A stretch of 64,000 nucleotides of DNA, from the NCBI GenBank assembly GCA_965205405.1, contig OZ242169.1, positions 136,896 to 200,895 of the forward strand, in the 5' to 3' direction. The notes beneath the pieces were generated by a model. That model worked only from the letters and a program-made list of their open reading frames with translations, ran no database searches and had not been told where the DNA came from. This DNA is from Gammaproteobacteria bacterium. Lineage in GTDB: Bacteria > Pseudomonadota > Gammaproteobacteria > Eutrophobiales > Eutrophobiaceae. The first letter of the stretch is position 1, and every line of letters begins with the position of its first letter. Shown piece by piece: positions 59,344 through 64,000 of this stretch. A program made the position numbers and the translations under genes.

Positions 59344-60112
59344 CCATGTTTTGTTCATGGACTCTTTTATAATAGAGTTTTAATTCCAGTTTCGAGGCTG
59401 CCGCTTCATCAATAAGGACAGTCGCCTTCCGGTGCAGTTGCAATACGGACGCGGGGCAAATGGAAGTAACCGGACCTTCAACCATTTTCTGAACTGCAGC
59501 CGATTTACTGTGCCCGGTTGCCATCAACAAAATCTGGCGCGCTTCCATGATCGTTGCGATACCCATCGTGATTGCAAGATGTGGTTGATTATCATACGGG
59601 CCGAACAACCTGGAGTTGTCAGATATGGTCTTGTCCGACAGGGTTTTGACGCGGGTACGGGAAGACAGGCTCGACGTTGGTTCATTAAACCCGATATGAC
59701 CGTTGCTGCCTATTCCCAGCACCTGCAGTTCGATGCCGCCGGCGGAGTAGATTTTGTCCTCGTACAAGCGGCTTACGGTTTCCGGATTTCCATATTCAGG
59801 GCACTCCGGCAGGTGGGTATTTTTATCATCTATATCCACATGATCAAACAGTTCACGCTTCATGTAACTGCGGTAACTCTGCGGATTGTCCGATGCCAGT
59901 CCCAGATATTCATCCAGGTTAAACGTGGTTACCTTTGTAAAACTGACATCACCTACCCGATAGTGGGAGATCAGTTTCCCGTACATGGCGATGGGCGTAC
60001 TACCGGTAGCCAGTCCCACCACTACATCCGGCATTTGCCTGATCAGGGTACAGAGTCGCCGGGCGCCTTCCTGAGCAACCATATCCGCATTTTTCAGGAT
60101 GATCACTTCCAC
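59336..60112 (-). CDS. nagB: Glucosamine-6-phosphate deaminase
   Basis: GLATGSTP, FNLDEY, LGIGSNGHIGFNEP, TMGIATI and CPASVLQLH motifs. Confidence 0.96.
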   Translation of the reverse strand: MEVIILKNADMVAQEGARRLCTLIRQMPDVVVGLATGSTPIAMYGKLISHYRVGDVSFTKVTTFNLDEYLGLASDNPQSYRSYMKRELFDHVDIDDKNTHLPECPEYGNPETVSRLYEDKIYSAGGIELQVLGIGSNGHIGFNEPTSSLSSRTRVKTLSDKTISDNSRLFGPYDNQPHLAITMGIATIMEARQILLMATGHSKSAAVQKMVEGPVTSICPASVLQLHRKATVLIDEAAASKLELKLYYKRVHEQNMGY

Positions 60113-60121
60113 TTTATTTAT

Positions 60122-60961
60122 TCATCCATACCTGCTGATGCGATTTATCACGTCATCAGTAAAATCGGAAAAAACGGCTTCCATGAAATCACTGTAGCTG
60201 ATATGTTCATTCAGCACGAGGCCGCTGAGATCCATCGCCAGGGTTATCGCCGAGGATTGATCAACAGTGTGTGATTGATCAAAGGTGGCATGGGCGGACT
60301 GGCGCCCCGGCAGGGCTTGATCATAACGCTTGGCTCCATGGATCTGGGACTCAAACACCCGGATTAATTTATTGAACAACTCGGCGTGTTCACTGATGTC
60401 CAGTCGTATCCGTTTCCCCTCCGGCAACCAATCCAGATCACGCCAGACCTCAATACCGTACACGTTTACCGGCCTTATTGCCTTCGGCAGCTTACGCAGC
60501 GCTTCCAACGCATGAATACATACGGCTATATGCGTCTCATGACGATCAGCCAGGTTATGTAAATAAACCGTGTCGGGATGGGCCAATGTCAGGTGGTCAA
60601 CCAGACATCTAACCAGTGACGGATTGATTCGACCTTTAATCTCATCGCTGTTGAAACCCAGTTGCGATACAGATGAATATTCACCCAATCGCGCGGCGCG
60701 TTGCTGCTCCGCCATACGGATAGCAATCATTTCCGCATCGGAAACGTTCCGGAAGGCCGGACCGCGGGGAGAGCCGGCGCCATTTGTCACCACAATACCG
60801 GTAAACCATTTATCGGTAACCTCGTAACAGCGACAGATGCCGTGAAATCCGATGATCTCGATGTCATCGGGATGGGCCGCTATTGCCATGTGCGTTGTAC
60901 GGGACAGGGCCTGTATTACAGTTACAGCGTCCGGAACATACGATTTAATATGACTGTTCAC
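60122..60961 (-). CDS. PIG-L/LmbE-family N-acetyl-sugar deacetylase
   Basis: AAHPDD metal motif, TNGAGSP, RMAEQQRAA and HNLADRHETH second motif. Confidence 0.85.
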   Translation of the reverse strand: MNSHIKSYVPDAVTVIQALSRTTHMAIAAHPDDIEIIGFHGICRCYEVTDKWFTGIVVTNGAGSPRGPAFRNVSDAEMIAIRMAEQQRAARLGEYSSVSQLGFNSDEIKGRINPSLVRCLVDHLTLAHPDTVYLHNLADRHETHIAVCIHALEALRKLPKAIRPVNVYGIEVWRDLDWLPEGKRIRLDISEHAELFNKLIRVFESQIHGAKRYDQALPGRQSAHATFDQSHTVDQSSAITLAMDLSGLVLNEHISYSDFMEAVFSDFTDDVINRISRYG

Positions 60962-60991
60962 CGGATAAAGAGGTAAATCCGAATCTATAAA

Positions 60992-61990
60992 TCAAAATTT
61001 ACTATACCTGCCATCAGGTTGCGGAAGCGTATTTCTGGCCAACTGCGCTGCAGCCAGCGCCGGCGACCAGACCGGGTCAGTCACCACCAGCTTGTTATTG
61101 GCGCGTTGCAGCCGGCTTTGCAAGGCACTGCGTAACGTAGTCATCTTTTCCAGGCAACTGCCGAACATCCCGATTTTGACTTGCTTATTCCTGAAACCTC
61201 CATCACGCCAGGTAGCCAGTGCCAGTCGGGCGAGTTCATCCGCCGCCTGTTCAATGATTTCGCAGGCGATACTGTCACCGGCCAGTGACGCCTCATAGAC
61301 GTGTCGGGCAAACGCGGCAATCTCAACGTACTCCTTGATGAGATATGGCGCTTCATCAATACTTTTCAATGAAAATACTTCCATGACTTTCCCGGCAAGT
61401 GAAGTATCTGATTCCATCCGTTTTGCCGCTCGTATTGCTCTGCGGATACCCATTAAACCGATATGGTATCCACTGCCCTCGTCCGACAGGATGTGCCCCA
61501 TACCACCTTTAACCACAGTCTTGCCCTCGGGGCCGACGGTAAATGACGCGGAACCTGTTCCGGAGATCAATGCAATAGCCGGATTTCCCCGGTCAATTCC
61601 ATACCAGGCTATGTACGCGTCATTGACCAACCGGATATTGTCCATAAAATTCAGGGAATACAGTTTATTCAACAAAGCGGTACTTAACCTGTCACCCGCG
61701 TCACTGATACCGGCCAGTCCCAACACGGCATTTATCCCAAGCCGTTCGGACCCTGAGATTTTTTGAACAAGATCATCGAAAATCATCTTCAGGTTCTCGA
61801 AGGTTGTATCAACTCCCGAAACTGCAACATTAGCGGACCTGCCGCCCATCTCATGTATCAGCCTGCCGTCATAATCAATGGCAACCGCACGCGTCTTTGT
61901 TCCGCCGCCGTCAATCCCGATAAAGACAGATATTCTGTTTCCTGTAATCGTATGTCTCACAGGGTCGGGTTGCTGTATTACCGATACCAT
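60992..61990 (-). CDS. BadF/BadG/BcrA/BcrD-type N-acetylglucosamine kinase
   Basis: IGIDGGGTKT, NDAYIA, ISGTGS and GGMGHILSDEGSGYHIG motifs. Confidence 0.87.
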   Translation of the reverse strand: MVSVIQQPDPVRHTITGNRISVFIGIDGGGTKTRAVAIDYDGRLIHEMGGRSANVAVSGVDTTFENLKMIFDDLVQKISGSERLGINAVLGLAGISDAGDRLSTALLNKLYSLNFMDNIRLVNDAYIAWYGIDRGNPAIALISGTGSASFTVGPEGKTVVKGGMGHILSDEGSGYHIGLMGIRRAIRAAKRMESDTSLAGKVMEVFSLKSIDEAPYLIKEYVEIAAFARHVYEASLAGDSIACEIIEQAADELARLALATWRDGGFRNKQVKIGMFGSCLEKMTTLRSALQSRLQRANNKLVVTDPVWSPALAAAQLARNTLPQPDGRYSKF

Positions 61991-62152
61991 AATCTCTGCT
62001 TGTGCGCGACAAACATATATTTTTTATATGAAATAGTATTTTATTTGTTGATTATAGCAGAATTGTCAAACCTCCTGTCAGGAACAGCCTCCGGGCAGAT
62101 AAACAAGTGTGGCAAGGGGGGGTGAGATACGATACGCTGCGCCGCGGCGCGG

Positions 62153-62596
62153 TTAACCCGGATTTGCCGGACCAATGACGCCCTTCTTTAAGATGATATT
62201 GCCGTAGAGCCGCTGCTCGCCGGTGGCTACCGCCGCATATGCCGTCCTGACCCGGGCATAAAAATCGAAACGCTCCAGTGTGCCGAACGTGATTTCAGTG
62301 TCTGATCCGGACCTGACAATACGCCGGAATTCCTTAACGATCTCCGGCGCCGCTGCCGGGTCACCGACCACCTGCATGGTATGGACCGGACATTCGACAT
62401 AGGTATCCAGCGGCATTACCGATATCACGGCCTCGAGTACCCTGGTCGCGGAAATGCCATCCATGCGGATCAGGCGTTGAGCATTGGTTTCGGCCGGATG
62501 GTTGGCGTCGACGATGGCGACCTCATCGCCGTGCCCCATCGCCCTCAATACTTTAAGCAACTCCGGGCCAAGTAAAGGGTCAAGATTTTTCAACAT
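62153..62596 (-). CDS. RbsD/FucU-family sugar mutarotase
   Basis: MLKNLDPLLGPELLKVLRAMGHGDEVAIVDANHP, LERFDFY and TGEQRLYGNIILKKGV motifs; start set at 62596. Confidence 0.92.
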   Translation of the reverse strand: MLKNLDPLLGPELLKVLRAMGHGDEVAIVDANHPAETNAQRLIRMDGISATRVLEAVISVMPLDTYVECPVHTMQVVGDPAAAPEIVKEFRRIVRSGSDTEITFGTLERFDFYARVRTAYAAVATGEQRLYGNIILKKGVIGPANPG

Positions 62597-63731
62597 TACG
62601 CAAACCGTAGCTGTCAAAGCGCTCCCAGGTGTCACTCATATCCACCACCCGGCCTGTCCTGCGGGATTCATCCAGTTTGATTGCCGTTAAACCTGCTTCC
62701 AGGGAATCAAGAATTGATACCGACAACGGAATACCTTTATGGAAGTGCTCGGCCAGGGCTTTGGCCATCTGCTGTTCCGCCCCGTAGTGTTTGGAAACAC
62801 TGTTATCATAATCGTAAGTCTTATCGATGCGTTTCCTGGAGGAAGGGGCATCGTGGACACGGTAGAATGAGCGCACGAAATCGCCTTCCGCCATGCCCCG
62901 GGTACCGATAACGCAAAAGCGGCGGAAGTTGTCCGGGACATTCAGGTTGGTGTGAAAACACAGGTTGGCGCCGTTCGCATATTCGATCAAGGCGGTCTGG
63001 TAGTCGATCAGGTCAGTCTCATCACCAAAAACGCGACCGTTACCCTGCCATAAGGATTTTCTTTCATGATATATACCGATTGACTCCAGGTCCCCGTTGG
63101 CAGGGGTAAATGTCTTCCGTCCGCCAAAACTCACCACCCGTTCGGGCCGGCTCCCCAGGAGTTCCTGGTAAAGATCAAGGTCGTGTATGCACTTCTCCAG
63201 CATGAATCCGCCCGAAAAGGCCTCGTTGCGCCGCCAGTCACGCATAAAAAATGCGCCGTGCTCAGGCGGGATATGTTCAGATGCCTCTATACTGGTGATC
63301 TCTCCCAATTCTCCTGCTTCCACCGTGCTCTGCAAATCCATATAAAGCGGCGCGTAGCGCAACACCATGCCGACAATGATCCGGGCCGTCTCATATTTTT
63401 TCAGCAACTCCAGCAACTCGAAGGTTTGCGCCTCGTTCGTCACCACGGGCTTTTCGGTAAAGATACGGACGCCCGCTTCCAGCCCGCTCCGGATCTGTTC
63501 CAGGTGCAGGTGATTCGGCGAGCCGATCATCAGCAGGTCGATGGATTCTTTGGCAAGCATCTCATCGAGATCCGCATAGCCCACGGACTCGACAGCGCGT
63601 TCCCGCAGGTAGGGCAGACATGACGGCGCCGGGTCTGCATAACTTACAAGTTCAAAGTCCGGTATGTACTGGCGCAACAAACAGGCCAGGTAACTCATGC
63701 GGTAACCCAGGCCGCAAAGACCAACTTTCAT
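62580..63731 (-). CDS. Gfo/Idh/MocA-family oxidoreductase (amino-sugar cluster type)
   Basis: GLGYRM, IGSPNHLH, FTEKP, GMVLRYAP and FMRDWRR…GGFMLEKCIHDLD motifs. Confidence 0.9.
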   Translation of the reverse strand: MKVGLCGLGYRMSYLACLLRQYIPDFELVSYADPAPSCLPYLRERAVESVGYADLDEMLAKESIDLLMIGSPNHLHLEQIRSGLEAGVRIFTEKPVVTNEAQTFELLELLKKYETARIIVGMVLRYAPLYMDLQSTVEAGELGEITSIEASEHIPPEHGAFFMRDWRRNEAFSGGFMLEKCIHDLDLYQELLGSRPERVVSFGGRKTFTPANGDLESIGIYHERKSLWQGNGRVFGDETDLIDYQTALIEYANGANLCFHTNLNVPDNFRRFCVIGTRGMAEGDFVRSFYRVHDAPSSRKRIDKTYDYDNSVSKHYGAEQQMAKALAEHFHKGIPLSVSILDSLEAGLTAIKLDESRRTGRVVDMSDTWERFDSYGLRNVEKS

Positions 63732-64000
63732 AATCTGTTATTCACCTGTGTATGGTTACGGCGTTATCCATCGAAATCAATTCCTGAACGACATCCAATT
63801 TAATATCGTCTCAGCTCGGAATGTTATCCTAATTATTTTATATAAGAAACAAAAATTATGATATGAAATTATTGCAGACTGTTTCTACATGCCAGGGCAA
63901 GCAATCCGGCATCCCGCCTGATTTCTGCCGATGGCTTCCCCTTCCTGTACGGCGAGAAACCGTCCCGGCCGTATGCCGGTTTCCTTTCCCTTCTCCAGGA

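Noticed and set aside
44165-64000. Integrase or attR defining a classical tRNA-anchored genomic island
   Set aside because: Neither an integrase ORF nor a duplicated tRNA 3' end was seen in the window, so the island's right boundary cannot be set.
1-64000. Numerous overlapping antisense or alternate-frame ORFs in the track (e.g. 586-1236, 35618-36306, 50432-51115)
   Set aside because: They are shadows of well-supported genes in GC-rich DNA and show no recognisable motifs.

Overview
Gammaproteobacterial-type chromosomal window (rng-yhdP synteny) in three parts. (1) 1-16.7 kb, housekeeping and transport: rng, yhdP (N-terminus frameshifted by a 13-bp tandem duplication), mnmA, MATE, nitroreductase, CPA2 antiporter, ampG, OFA-family MFS, an unknown secreted protein and a TonB-dependent receptor. 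(2) 16.9-44 kb, a cofactor and C1/alcohol-aldehyde oxidation supercluster: molybdopterin genes (moaA, fdhD, mobAB, moeA, moaE, moaD, moaC) interleaved with PQQ genes (pqqB apart from pqqCDE; no pqqA found), a methanopterin/methanofuran-type module (DHPS-related Orf20-like, DUF447, MfnB-like, pterin carbinolamine dehydratase), folP, pip, a frameshifted SHOCT gene and porin, a tungsten aldehyde oxidoreductase operon (AorABC-like plus its own MoaD) divergent from PQQ-catabolism accessory genes, and oxidoreductases. (3) From a tRNA-Thr(TGT) at 44.1 kb to the end, a mosaic island: two defective IS6 copies around an HTH-Fic gene, an AbiE pair with an IS-truncated toxin, a gspK'-L-M remnant fused to a high-GC gene fragment, and an amino-sugar/galactoside utilisation locus (GH36, SSS, TBDR, nagB, PIG-L deacetylase, BadF-type kinase, FucU, Gfo/Idh/MocA) with no nagA in the window. 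Intergenic regions carry at least five REP/MITE-like families, several of which supply the last codons or stop of the adjacent gene. Protein calls come from motif recognition by eye; no database search was run.
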